From: a virus
DNA: 64,000 nucleotides
IMG/VR virus record: IMGVR_UViG_3300005293_000039
Location: 1 to 64,000 of that record
Strand: one strand, 5' to 3'
Under the pieces are notes generated by a model. The model was not told the DNA's origin, made no database searches, and saw nothing but the letters and a program-made list of their open reading frames with translations. Position 1 is the first letter of the stretch, and the number at the start of each line of letters is the position of its first letter. Position numbers and translations under genes: made by a program. Positions 1-7,960 of the stretch are shown here, in pieces.

Positions 1-792
1 TTGGACGTTTGGAAATCCATCAGGGAGATACTGTTGAAGATCTTTTTTGATGAAGTAACCCGCGCCCGTTTCCTTGAGAGCTTGAAGGACTTGCTCAGTA
101 AACTGTCGCCAGTTTGTTAGTTGAGTTAGCTTGCTGTAGTTGATGCGCCCGATTTTGAACAGGTCAACATACTTATGCGTCTTACGGATGATCTCTATTG
201 TTGCCTCTGTGTTGAAAACGGGCTCAAGGCTGGCCCATGTGAAGATCCCGGCATCGTGAAATTCTCGAAGTGTCGAAATACGATCTGATGGAACGGCGGC
301 GTGCGGTTCCCATCGCAAAGACTCGGCTTCGTCCAAAGATGTTAACGATGACGCGAAAGCATCCATAGCGGGCCGGAACAAATCCAGGTCACGCAATGCC
401 CGCTGGCCCCCCTTCGTGAGCGTGCAAAAACTCAAGCCGTAGAATTTCAGCACTTCCAGCGTCTCACGCGTTAACCCTGTATCGCCGGGATGATACGGAT
501 CGGTTGTGAACGAAAGCATCACCTGTTCTTTGCAACCGATGGCACAATACTTAACCGCATCCTTTTCGAGTCTTGCTAAGAAGTCTTTCCGCGGCGTCGC
601 CCCTTTGTTGAAATCCGCACGTGGCATCTGAATCACGGAGGGCACGTAGCAGTACACGCATCCGTTACCGCAACCGCGATAGGGATTCGTAGCCAACCGC
701 GCATACTCTCCCGCTTGGCCAGAAGGCGCGTAAATCATCTGGCAGCCCCTGATTGAATAGCCATCGGGATTTAGCGTTACTTTTCTATTCAT
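1..792 (-). CDS. Radical SAM protein (spore photoproduct lyase-like family), 3' end runs off window
   Basis: Not in ORF track; the two ends, translated manually from ATG at 792, read MNRKVTLNPDGYSIRGCQMIYAPSGQAGEYARLATNPYRGCGNGCVYCYVP... with a CxxxCxxC motif and ...FKIGRINYS...IKKDLQQYLPDGFPNVQ at base 1. Confidence 0.85.
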   Translation of the reverse strand, partial: MNRKVTLNPDGYSIRGCQMIYAPSGQAGEYARLATNPYRGCGNGCVYCYVPSVIQMPRADFNKGATPRKDFLARLEKDAVKYCAIGCKEQVMLSFTTDPYHPGDTGLTRETLEVLKFYGLSFCTLTKGGQRALRDLDLFRPAMDAFASSLTSLDEAESLRWEPHAAVPSDRISTLREFHDAGIFTWASLEPVFNTEATIEIIRKTHKYVDLFKIGRINYSKLTQLTNWRQFTEQVLQALKETGAGYFIKKDLQQYLPDGFPNVQ

Positions 793-845
793 GCTTTCTG
801 CTCCGTTGGATTTCCCGAAAATTTGAATGGTAAAATACTAGACTT

Positions 846-1964
846 GTGATCACGACTTTTCGCTATCGAATCTATCCCACAAAACGTTAGGAGCAGGTCC
901 TTAACGGACAACTTGCGCTCTGTTGCGAACTTTACAATGCCGCTATTCAGGAAAGGCGCGATGCTTGGCGGCTGGAACGCAAGCCGATCTCTTGGTTCGA
1001 TCAGAATTTGCAGTTGACAGCAATTAAGCAGATCCGCGAAGACCTCGCTGCCTTGAATTCGAAGGCCTTGGAAAACGTTTTGAAGCGCGTTCAGTTGGCC
1101 TTTAACGGCTTCTTTAGAAGGATTAAGACAGGAGACAAGCCGGGGTATCCGCGATTTCGATCTGCACGTCGATACGACAGCATGACATTTCGAGAAATCG
1201 GCAATGCGCTGGCCGGAAACAGATTGAGGCTGTCCAAGATCGGTAAGGTTAGAATTAAGCTGCACCGCCCACTTGCCGGGACCGTAAAAACTCTGACGGT
1301 CAAACGAGAGGCGAATCGTTGGTTTGCTATTTTTGCGGTTGAGTGTGAATCCGCGCCTTTGCCCTTCAGTCCTAACGCCATAGGTATTGATGTCGGACTG
1401 AGTAAGTTCGTCTCTCTCAGCAACGGAACGGCAATTGAGAATCCACGCTGGTTTCGAACCGCACAAGGCAAGCTTAGACACTTGCAGCGGCGCGTTGCGC
1501 GACGTAAGAAAGGATCGAATCGCAGGCGCAAAGCCGTCCTGTTGCTTCAACGATTCCATAATCACATTCGCGACCAGCGCCGCGACTTTCATCACAAAGA
1601 ATCGCGCAAGATCGTCAATCAGAACGGCCTGATTGCAGTCGAAGATTTGAACGTGAAAGGCCTCGCGGCGGGAATGCTCGCTAAGTCCGTCAACGACGCT
1701 GGGTGGTCCAACTTTCTTTTTATGCTCGCGTACAAGGCTGAGAGCGCCGGGCGCGTACTCGTGAAAGTTGACCCTCGCGGTACTTCGCAGACATGCTTGT
1801 GCGGCGCAGGGGTTCGCAAGACGCTCGCTCAACGCTGGCATCTGTGTCTCTCGTGCGGGTTGTCTGCGGATCGCGATCATGTCAGTGCTCAAATAATTCT
1901 TTCCAAGGCTCGCGGTGAGCCATCAGGCGCTAACGTAGCGGATTTAATCGCACGCGTTGCCTGA
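846..1964 (+). pseudogene. tnpB: IS200/IS605-family RNA-guided nuclease TnpB with in-frame amber stop at codon 15
   Basis: GTG at 846 gives MITTFRYRIYPTKR*EQVLNGQLALCCELYNAAIQERRDAW (TAG 888-890), same frame as ORF 1008..1964; RuvC motifs GIDVG, VEDL, DRD and C-terminal Zn ribbon present; no tnpA nearby. Confidence 0.9.
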
Positions 1965-1984
1965 GAATGATTGCTGTTTATCAA
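1900..1984 (+). ncRNA. Probable omega/reRNA scaffold remnant overlapping tnpB 3' end
   Basis: Hairpins GGCTCGCGGTGAGCC and TCAGGCGC...GTTGCCTGA at the 3' end of tnpB, where reRNAs are normally encoded; TCAA at 1981-1984 is a possible right end. Confidence 0.45.
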
Positions 1985-2168
1985 TGCCGCCCGTTGGATT
2001 TGTTGCTCTCTTCCAGTGAATGTCTCCACATTCAGAACACTTACATCTGCTTCCGCCATAGGCGTTCGTCCCCGGCATCTCGCTCAACGCCTCGCGCATC
2101 TGCCGCCGCTCCGAAAATGAACTCGGTACGATTAGATCTACTTTCTGATCTTCTGTCTCGGTGTTCAT
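1944..2168 (-). CDS. Small Cys-containing phage protein, C-terminus altered by the tnpB cassette
   Basis: ATGA overlap with MTase stop; CKCSECG motif. Confidence 0.6.
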   Translation of the reverse strand: MNTETEDQKVDLIVPSSFSERRQMREALSEMPGTNAYGGSRCKCSECGDIHWKRATNPTGGIDKQQSFSGNACD

Positions 2169-3166
2169 GCGGTTGCGAATAGCGCGTCTGGTGGTGTCTC
2201 TTTTTCTGCCCGTTCAAGATTTGCCACGGCCTGTTTGTAGTAACTCTCTTTCAACTCTATACCGATGAAGCGTCGACCTTTTTGAATAGACACATAGCCT
2301 TCACTACCGATTCCCGCGAACGGACTCAGTACCGTATCGTTCGGGTTGGTCCATAGCTCAACCGCTCTGTCGATGACGTCTAACTGTAAGGGGCAGATGT
2401 GGCGCTCGTCTCGTTGCTCTCGCGCGGCTTGGACGTTGAGCGTCCGGGTTTGTCGAATATCCATCCACACGGGCGAGGCGTAGCGCCGCCACACTTGATG
2501 TGAATAAACAGGATCGTCCGCCGTTGTTGCGGTGTAACTCTCAATATCGACGCTTCTTACTTTTGGCTTTCCCTTACGCGCCTTTGGTTCATCGTCGCCA
2601 ATGAACTCTGTAAATCCATCTGGTCTTGAAATCGGTTCTGGGTTGATACCAGGCTTGCGCATCGTCACGAGGTAGTCAGGTAGCCCCTGCCGACACATCG
2701 CGCTATCCTTCGTAACTTGCTTGTGCATCAAGCCCAGCGCCTTTGTTCGTGTCGCCTCAATCAACGGGTCTTTCCAGATGACTACCTTTGAGTGATAAAT
2801 GAATCCCGCCGATTCAAAGATTTCTCGCAGTTGCGCAGGGAAGTCTTTCAGCCCTATGAATCCATCGCGCTCTTTCATGGCCGGAATATCCATGCAGTGA
2901 AATGAAACCAACCGCCCCGGCATGATTACTCGGTACAGCTCGCTAACGATGAACTTGAAGTGCTCGTAAAACTCTCGATCGGTTCGCGCATTTCCAAGAT
3001 CACGCTCGCTTGCTGAATAGGTATAGAGCGAGGCGAACGGCGGCGAGAAAATAGAGTAGTGAATGGAGTCGGACGGAATACCGTGTAGCGCCTCGCAGGA
3101 GTCTCCAAGATACATGGCCCAGCCTTCTCCGAATCTCTGATCGATTATGTTCATGCGTTTATCCAT
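2165..3166 (-). CDS. DNA methyltransferase (N4-C/N6-A, beta class)
   Basis: SPPF catalytic motif, HICPLQLD, VLSPFAGIGSEG SAM-binding motif, GIELKESY; real start may be 3154. Confidence 0.92.
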   Translation of the reverse strand: MDKRMNIIDQRFGEGWAMYLGDSCEALHGIPSDSIHYSIFSPPFASLYTYSASERDLGNARTDREFYEHFKFIVSELYRVIMPGRLVSFHCMDIPAMKERDGFIGLKDFPAQLREIFESAGFIYHSKVVIWKDPLIEATRTKALGLMHKQVTKDSAMCRQGLPDYLVTMRKPGINPEPISRPDGFTEFIGDDEPKARKGKPKVRSVDIESYTATTADDPVYSHQVWRRYASPVWMDIRQTRTLNVQAAREQRDERHICPLQLDVIDRAVELWTNPNDTVLSPFAGIGSEGYVSIQKGRRFIGIELKESYYKQAVANLERAEKETPPDALFATA

Positions 3167-4530
3167 TGCGGCAAGGCCATTGGCCTCGCTGCTTCGTATG
3201 CGTTTCCGGTTCTCACCGTGCCGTGTACCGCCTCAACGTTGTAGACGCTCATGTGTTTGACCATTTCGCTCGCCATTTTCATTGCGTCACGTTCTTTGCG
3301 TTCGATGTTCTTTACCACTGCACCTTCTTGCTCGCTCGTGATGATGTATCCGTTGACGGAACGTTTTTGACCGAATCGCCAGCACCTCCGGATCGACTGA
3401 TAAAACTTCTCGTATGAATCGCTCAGCCCGACGTAGCCCACATTCGGACAGTGCTGCCAATTCATTCCGAACCCACAAATGGACGGTTTAGAAATCAACG
3501 CGCGAAACTGCCCGTCACTAAATCCAAGCATCCGGGATTCTTTATCCTCATCTGAGTTGGACCCGGCCACTTGCACCGCATCCGGAATCATCTTTTCAAG
3601 CAGATCGCCCTCCGCGTTCAGGTCGCACCAGATCAACCACGGCTCCGTGGATCCGTTCACAAGTTCCGCGCACGCTTCAACGCGTTCACTTAGACTTGCT
3701 CTACGTGCTAATCGTCTTTCTTCGAGTGTCTGCGCTTCGACCGGGAATAAAAATCCTTCCATCGGCTTTGCGCCCTTTACTACAACGTGATGCAGATTAA
3801 GCGGTGGTAATTCAAAGCCTGCGTCTGAATAGCCGAGATCCGAAGGCTTGCGAATCATCACCGCCCAGCCGCAGATCCACTTCCAGTATTCTTCCTCTGC
3901 GTGGCCCTTTAGTCTCCACTTCGCAGTGTCCCCTCCGTCGTGCACAAAGAATGTTGAAAGCATTTCTGTTCGTGTAAGCACGCCAAAGAATTCAGAGTGG
4001 TTACCTAACTCCATAAAATCATTCGGTGCGGGCGTGGCGGTCGCGCACAGCTTCATGGGCGTGTTAGCGAATCGCTCAATGAGCATGTTTCGGGTCGCGC
4101 CGGTAAATGATTTCAGGATGGAACTTTCATCAAGCACAATCCCGGCGAAGCGCGACGGGTCGAAGTGCTGGAGCTTCTCGTAGTTCGTGACGAACACGCC
4201 GTGCCTCTTCACGCCCATATCCGACGCGGCGACTGCTACCGGGATACCGAACTTCCTGCCTTCACGCTCCGTCTGTTTTGAGACCGCAAGCGGAGCAAGA
4301 ATCAGCACCGGCTTATTGAACTTCGCGGTTACTGCTTCGGCCCACTGCAACTGCATCGGAGTTTTACCGAGACCGCAATCAGCGAAGATCGCAGAGCGTC
4401 CGCGTTCAATGGACCATCGCGTTATATCGCGCTGGAATTCAAACAACTGCGCAGACAAAGATTCAGGGGCGAAGCCGCTCGCGGGATGAACGATCTGCTT
4501 ACTCTGGAGAAATTCACCGTAGTGTTTCAC
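3151..4530 (-). CDS. SNF2-like superfamily 2 helicase
   Basis: DCGLGKT Walker A, LDESS Walker B, TATPAPND, QSIRRCWRFGQ motif VI. Confidence 0.92.
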   Translation of the reverse strand: MKHYGEFLQSKQIVHPASGFAPESLSAQLFEFQRDITRWSIERGRSAIFADCGLGKTPMQLQWAEAVTAKFNKPVLILAPLAVSKQTEREGRKFGIPVAVAASDMGVKRHGVFVTNYEKLQHFDPSRFAGIVLDESSILKSFTGATRNMLIERFANTPMKLCATATPAPNDFMELGNHSEFFGVLTRTEMLSTFFVHDGGDTAKWRLKGHAEEEYWKWICGWAVMIRKPSDLGYSDAGFELPPLNLHHVVVKGAKPMEGFLFPVEAQTLEERRLARRASLSERVEACAELVNGSTEPWLIWCDLNAEGDLLEKMIPDAVQVAGSNSDEDKESRMLGFSDGQFRALISKPSICGFGMNWQHCPNVGYVGLSDSYEKFYQSIRRCWRFGQKRSVNGYIITSEQEGAVVKNIERKERDAMKMASEMVKHMSVYNVEAVHGTVRTGNAYEAARPMALPQWINA

Positions 4531-4778
4531 GCTGCTGCTGCCTTATCCTGCTGCTCTACGATCTCTATTCCGCGATTCTTATTTGAACGCTTGATCCATC
4601 CTAGGCTTTCCATCTTCTTGAGTTGCTGGTGAACACTGGCGCTTGATGACATATTGAACTCTTCCCCAATCTCTTTCAGCGTAGGCGCTTCTCCATTTAG
4701 TAAAATAGAACCTTCAATGAAGTTGAATATCCGTCTCGTTTTCTGATGCGTTGGCATATTCAGATCCTCACCCAACAA
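4527..4778 (-). CDS. Stand-alone LexA-type winged-helix DNA-binding protein
   Basis: PTLKEIGEEFNMSSSASVHQQLKKMESLGWIKR...RGIEI matches the LexA N-terminal domain; no peptidase domain. Confidence 0.8.
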   Translation of the reverse strand: MLGEDLNMPTHQKTRRIFNFIEGSILLNGEAPTLKEIGEEFNMSSSASVHQQLKKMESLGWIKRSNKNRGIEIVEQQDKAAAA

Positions 4779-5122
4779 GCCAAATCAGTTGCGTTCATGT
4801 TCGGGCGTTTCGCCTTCACGTAGTAACCCGTCTTCTTTGCTAACTTCATCTTCGCAACCATGATCATTAAACTTCCCATGCAGCTGGAACTCACTTCATC
4901 AACCGGCGGATCACCCGCGATCTCTCTGACATCCTCAACCGTGAAAGTCTTCCCACGTGGGAATGTTTCAACTGCTGATCGGAACGCTTCGCGATACCAA
5001 TCCGGTGTATGACGAAAGACGGATCGCATACCGCTCTCTTTCAGTTCTTCACCTGTAAGCGGAGTCGAACTCGGTGCGCGAGGCCCAGAAAATACCTTGT
5101 CGAATAATGGATGGGTGCTCAT
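4760..5122 (-). CDS. Hypothetical phage protein (possible wHTH)
   Basis: Likely start MSTHPLF overlapping upstream stop (ATGA). Confidence 0.55.
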   Translation of the reverse strand: MSTHPLFDKVFSGPRAPSSTPLTGEELKESGMRSVFRHTPDWYREAFRSAVETFPRGKTFTVEDVREIAGDPPVDEVSSSCMGSLMIMVAKMKLAKKTGYYVKAKRPNMNATDLACWVRI

Positions 5123-5328
5123 CGTTTTATCCAGGGATTGACTAGCGTTATGTATTGTCCGCAGTGCTTCGGTAATCCCCTTCGCAGCCACTTTGCGATC
5201 TCGCTCGTCGAGCAGTTTCGTTCTTTCCCGCAAACCAAGCATTTGCCCGTAGTGCCGTCAGGGAAAGCGTGACTCGCAAGGTTGGCGTAGAGCGGACTCT
5301 TCTCAGTAATTTTGCTTAGTTTTTCCAT
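5119..5328 (-). CDS. Small zinc-binding protein
   Basis: CLVCG...KHCG; overlaps neighbours. Confidence 0.55.
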   Translation of the reverse strand: MEKLSKITEKSPLYANLASHAFPDGTTGKCLVCGKERNCSTSEIAKWLRRGLPKHCGQYITLVNPWIKR

Positions 5329-5554
5329 TTCTCAGTGCCGTCTCGAAGCGATCTAACATCCAATCAACTCGTTTGGGATTGTTGCCCTCACGCATAAACC
5401 TGATTAGAACTTCTTCCCACAATTCCAACTCGCCCGCGCCATTCGGAAGAACAGTTACAGCAATGTCGCGCCGTTGAATGTGGTTAGGGGTTAAATGAAC
5501 GATGTCCCGATACTTCTTTACTGCTGGATTGTCTAAGTTTGGATCTCTACTCAT
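5303..5554 (-). CDS. Small protein resembling the C-terminal (DnaD-like) domain of phage replication initiators
   Basis: AVKKYRDIV...LWEEVLIRFMREGNNPKRVDWMLDRF pattern and position in the early operon; weak, by eye only. Confidence 0.4.
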   Translation of the reverse strand: MSRDPNLDNPAVKKYRDIVHLTPNHIQRRDIAVTVLPNGAGELELWEEVLIRFMREGNNPKRVDWMLDRFETALRNGKTKQNY

Positions 5555-5925
5555 TCGCTTATCGCATTCTCGAATTGGGATTCAATTTCCTGCATTGATA
5601 GCCACGCCTGCCGTGACCTCCAGCGCCGCGCCCTCTTAATCATTTTCCCTCTTGGTTTGATTTGTCGTTTTACGCGCCGCGTCGCCTCTCTCAGCGTTAA
5701 GTCAGGATGATCTTTCTTCATCTGATGGACTTCTTCGTGACAATCAACGCAGAGCAATAGAACGTCATCAAACTCCTCCCTCCCTAACCGTGAATAATCA
5801 ACGTGATGAAGATTCAATCGCCTGCGCGCCCGGCAGAAGGCACAGTGAGGTTTTCGCCATTGAGCCATGTAAGAGGCTTTGAATTCTTTCCAGTGCGTGC
5901 TCTTAAGATAATCTTCGTACTTCAT
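5551..5925 (-). CDS. Small HNH endonuclease
   Basis: YLKSTHW, CAFC, LHHVDY.RLG.E, LCVDCHEEVH. Confidence 0.85.
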   Translation of the reverse strand: MKYEDYLKSTHWKEFKASYMAQWRKPHCAFCRARRRLNLHHVDYSRLGREEFDDVLLLCVDCHEEVHQMKKDHPDLTLREATRRVKRQIKPRGKMIKRARRWRSRQAWLSMQEIESQFENAISE

Positions 5926-5934
5926 AAACCTTAC

Positions 5935-6402
5935 CGCTTAGGTGGCTCGGTTGACGGACGTAGACCTTCCCTCTAAGGTCTACCGTCTCACCGCCCAGTA
6001 TGGCTTCGGCGTTTCAACGTACAGGTTCCTCTTGCGGATTAGCTGCCTTCTTGAAATGAGCAGCCGGGCCAATTAGCGTGCTGGCAAGAGCGCAGGGGAT
6101 GAACTTGTCAGCCTAAAATGCGACCCCGTTCCCAACGTCGGCTTATTTGTATGTTGGCTTCGTGACAAGTATTCGTCCTTCATATGCTGTAAGCGCTTCC
6201 CTCAACACGGGCACTCGTGAGACAATCTCTGCAATTCAAGCGAGTACCAGAAGGGCTGTAACTGTGAGACTTCGGCGTCAATAGTTACGGCCCTTGCTCT
6301 TTGTGAATTCTGCGCGCCAGAGGTGGCTGGATTCTTTTGTTACCAGCGTCCTTTGGGATTCCACCCCAATGCTCTGCGGACTGAGCTACACCCCTAACGC
6401 GC
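5935..6402. ncRNA. Highly structured non-coding element (RNA or ssDNA), function unknown
   Basis: Stems 5960-5968/5975-5983, 6029-6035/6084-6090, 6103-6110/6163-6170, 6251-6265/6281-6295; no credible ORF. Confidence 0.6.
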
Positions 6403-6555
6403 AAAAGAAAAGCGACTCAAATAAGCCGCGCTCGCGGTTTGGCCCTATTCACCCCTGCAAGCAGATAACAGAGACGAACGTTGCGAAAACGCGACTTATT
6501 GGAATCGCCATCTGCTTGAATCGGGCCGGGGCCAACCGGCATTCTCAAAGAACAA
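6403..6555 (-). promoter_or_regulatory. Attenuator-like leader with competing helices, U-tract and boxA-like site
   Basis: 6490-6508 pairs with 6412-6430 followed by UUUUCUUUU; crossing helix 6510-6527 with 6441-6466; TTGTTCTTTGAGAA at 6555-6542. Confidence 0.55.
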
Positions 6556-6681
6556 CCAACCAATAACACAACTCGAGAATTTAAGTTTTGCATCGACTCC
6601 GTTTCACACTTCTACTGTGTCCCACCTGTTCTAATCCCCTGCTTGAAAATTCATTACCCTGAGTTCGGTAGGTTTTGAGAT

Positions 6682-7053
6682 CTAGCTTTCCATCTCAGCA
6701 ACTAAAGCGTGATCGTCTGTGCCTTGAGATTCGTCACCCGGCAGCGCCTGTAACGGAATTGCGCCGATGACAAACTGCACCTCTTCTTCGGTTAGATATG
6801 GCCGCTGGAGAGCAGCAACCGCACCTTCCAAAGTTTTAACCGCATCTGCTACGGCGGCATCTCGCGTCTCTCCCTCGCCTATGTGGATTCCGTCGAAGTC
6901 TGAAACTTCTGTGTTGAGCCACACTTCAAAGAATCCGTCACGTTTTGCTAGGTGTAGAATTCGACCATCAAGAGAGACTCGCTCATCGTGATCATGCGGC
7001 CCACTCGCGGCATTTACATCCGGTGCATGGTGAAATCCGGTATTGCCTCTCAT
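6682..7053 (-). CDS. Hypothetical phage protein
   Basis: ATG at 7053 after AGGAG RBS; in frame with ORF 6682..7167. Confidence 0.6.
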   Translation of the reverse strand: MRGNTGFHHAPDVNAASGPHDHDERVSLDGRILHLAKRDGFFEVWLNTEVSDFDGIHIGEGETRDAAVADAVKTLEGAVAALQRPYLTEEEVQFVIGAIPLQALPGDESQGTDDHALVAEMES

Positions 7054-7054
7054 C

Positions 7055-7504
7055 TCAATCTCCTGCGCTTGCTGCGTGGGCTGCATTCGTAACATCTTCC
7101 AGCGGCGTCTCTGAACTCGGAATGGATGACGCGTTCTCTGACTTCTGTTTTGATTTGCGCGGCGCACGCGCTACAGACTTTGGGGGTTCAAAGTCATGCG
7201 AGTTGATGTACGTTCGATCATGATCTGACGCATCGGCGACTTGCCCGCAGATGCCGCACTTCGCTGCCTTGTCTGGAGTAGGTTCTTTCTGCGCCGGCGG
7301 GCTTGCAGATGGTTTCTCAGCCTTCTTGCGAGGCGTAGGTGTCAGTTCTCTTGTTAGCGCGTCGTGCGCCTGTTGTGCAGCCTCAGCCACGGCTTTAGCA
7401 GTGTTCAACTGCGATTGGGCCAATCGTTCGCGCATAAGCGCCGCCTCTAACCGCATCGCGGAGTCATTCAGAATTCGATCCGCTTTAGTGTTTCGTCGTG
7501 CCAC
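7055..7504 (-). CDS. Hypothetical protein, coiled coil plus CxxC-H-H zinc site
   Basis: GTG at 7504 with GAGG RBS directly after upstream stop; CGICG...H...H. Confidence 0.6.
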   Translation of the reverse strand: MARRNTKADRILNDSAMRLEAALMRERLAQSQLNTAKAVAEAAQQAHDALTRELTPTPRKKAEKPSASPPAQKEPTPDKAAKCGICGQVADASDHDRTYINSHDFEPPKSVARAPRKSKQKSENASSIPSSETPLEDVTNAAHAASAGD

Positions 7505-7505
7505 G

Positions 7506-7775
7506 CTAGTCCTCAACTTTCTCGTAAGTCGCTTCAAAGATGTCGGGCTTGCACGGATAAAACTCGCCTTTGACACCCTTGATAATCCAGTCACCCGGCT
7601 GAGCGGTCATCACACCTTCCAGCGTGTGAATCGCCAACGATTCGTCACGTTCGGATGTGTAATCAGCAAAGCCGACTTCTGCGCACCATTCAAAGAACGC
7701 ATCAAGATGATCGTCGCCGCTTGGCGGCAATCGAAAAGCGTCAATAACAACCGGCTTCTTTTTGAACTTCGGCAT
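7506..7775 (-). CDS. Conserved phage protein (PGDYG-like)
   Basis: KKKPVVIDA...TLEG...PGDWIIKGVKGEFYPCKPDIFEATYE. Confidence 0.8.
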   Translation of the reverse strand: MPKFKKKPVVIDAFRLPPSGDDHLDAFFEWCAEVGFADYTSERDESLAIHTLEGVMTAQPGDWIIKGVKGEFYPCKPDIFEATYEKVED

Positions 7776-7794
7776 CTCAACCCTTTCTTATTCA

Positions 7795-7952
7795 GGACTG
7801 GCAATCCCTGCCCCCCAAAGATCACCAGTCCCACCTTTCTCAGCATCAGCAGGAAGTTAAAACAAGACGCTGAGAACTCTGGTAGCGGGGACCACTACAC
7901 ACGCCGAGGGTCCTTGGCGTTGGCCTGTCGTTGCCTTCAGGCCGATCCCCGC
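7795..7952 (-). ncRNA. Three consecutive structured elements in an intergenic region
   Basis: GGACTGG/CCAGTCC, TTCTCAGC/GCTGAGAA, and a three-way junction closed by GCGGGGA(7885)/TCCCCGC(7952). Confidence 0.5.
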
Positions 7953-7960
7953 ATAAGGCA

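Larger units (their letters stand above)
803..2001. repeat. 11-bp direct repeat CCGTTGGATTT flanking the tnpB cassette
   Basis: Identical copies at 803-813 and 1991-2001. Confidence 0.85.

Noticed and set aside
888-890. Genome-wide TAG to Gln recoding
   Set aside because: Several genes end in TAG immediately before the next gene (7506, 11632, 21150, 41632) and long genes are not fragmented under the standard code
789-1892. 367-aa minus-strand ORF
   Set aside because: Antisense shadow of tnpB; only its last codons (NPTEQKA) appear meaningful, as the displaced end of ORF 2168
5551-6560. Group I intron with HNH, or IscB/HEARO element
   Set aside because: HNH stop overlaps the next ATG, leaving no 3' intron core; the protein is 124 aa with no RuvC or PLMP motifs
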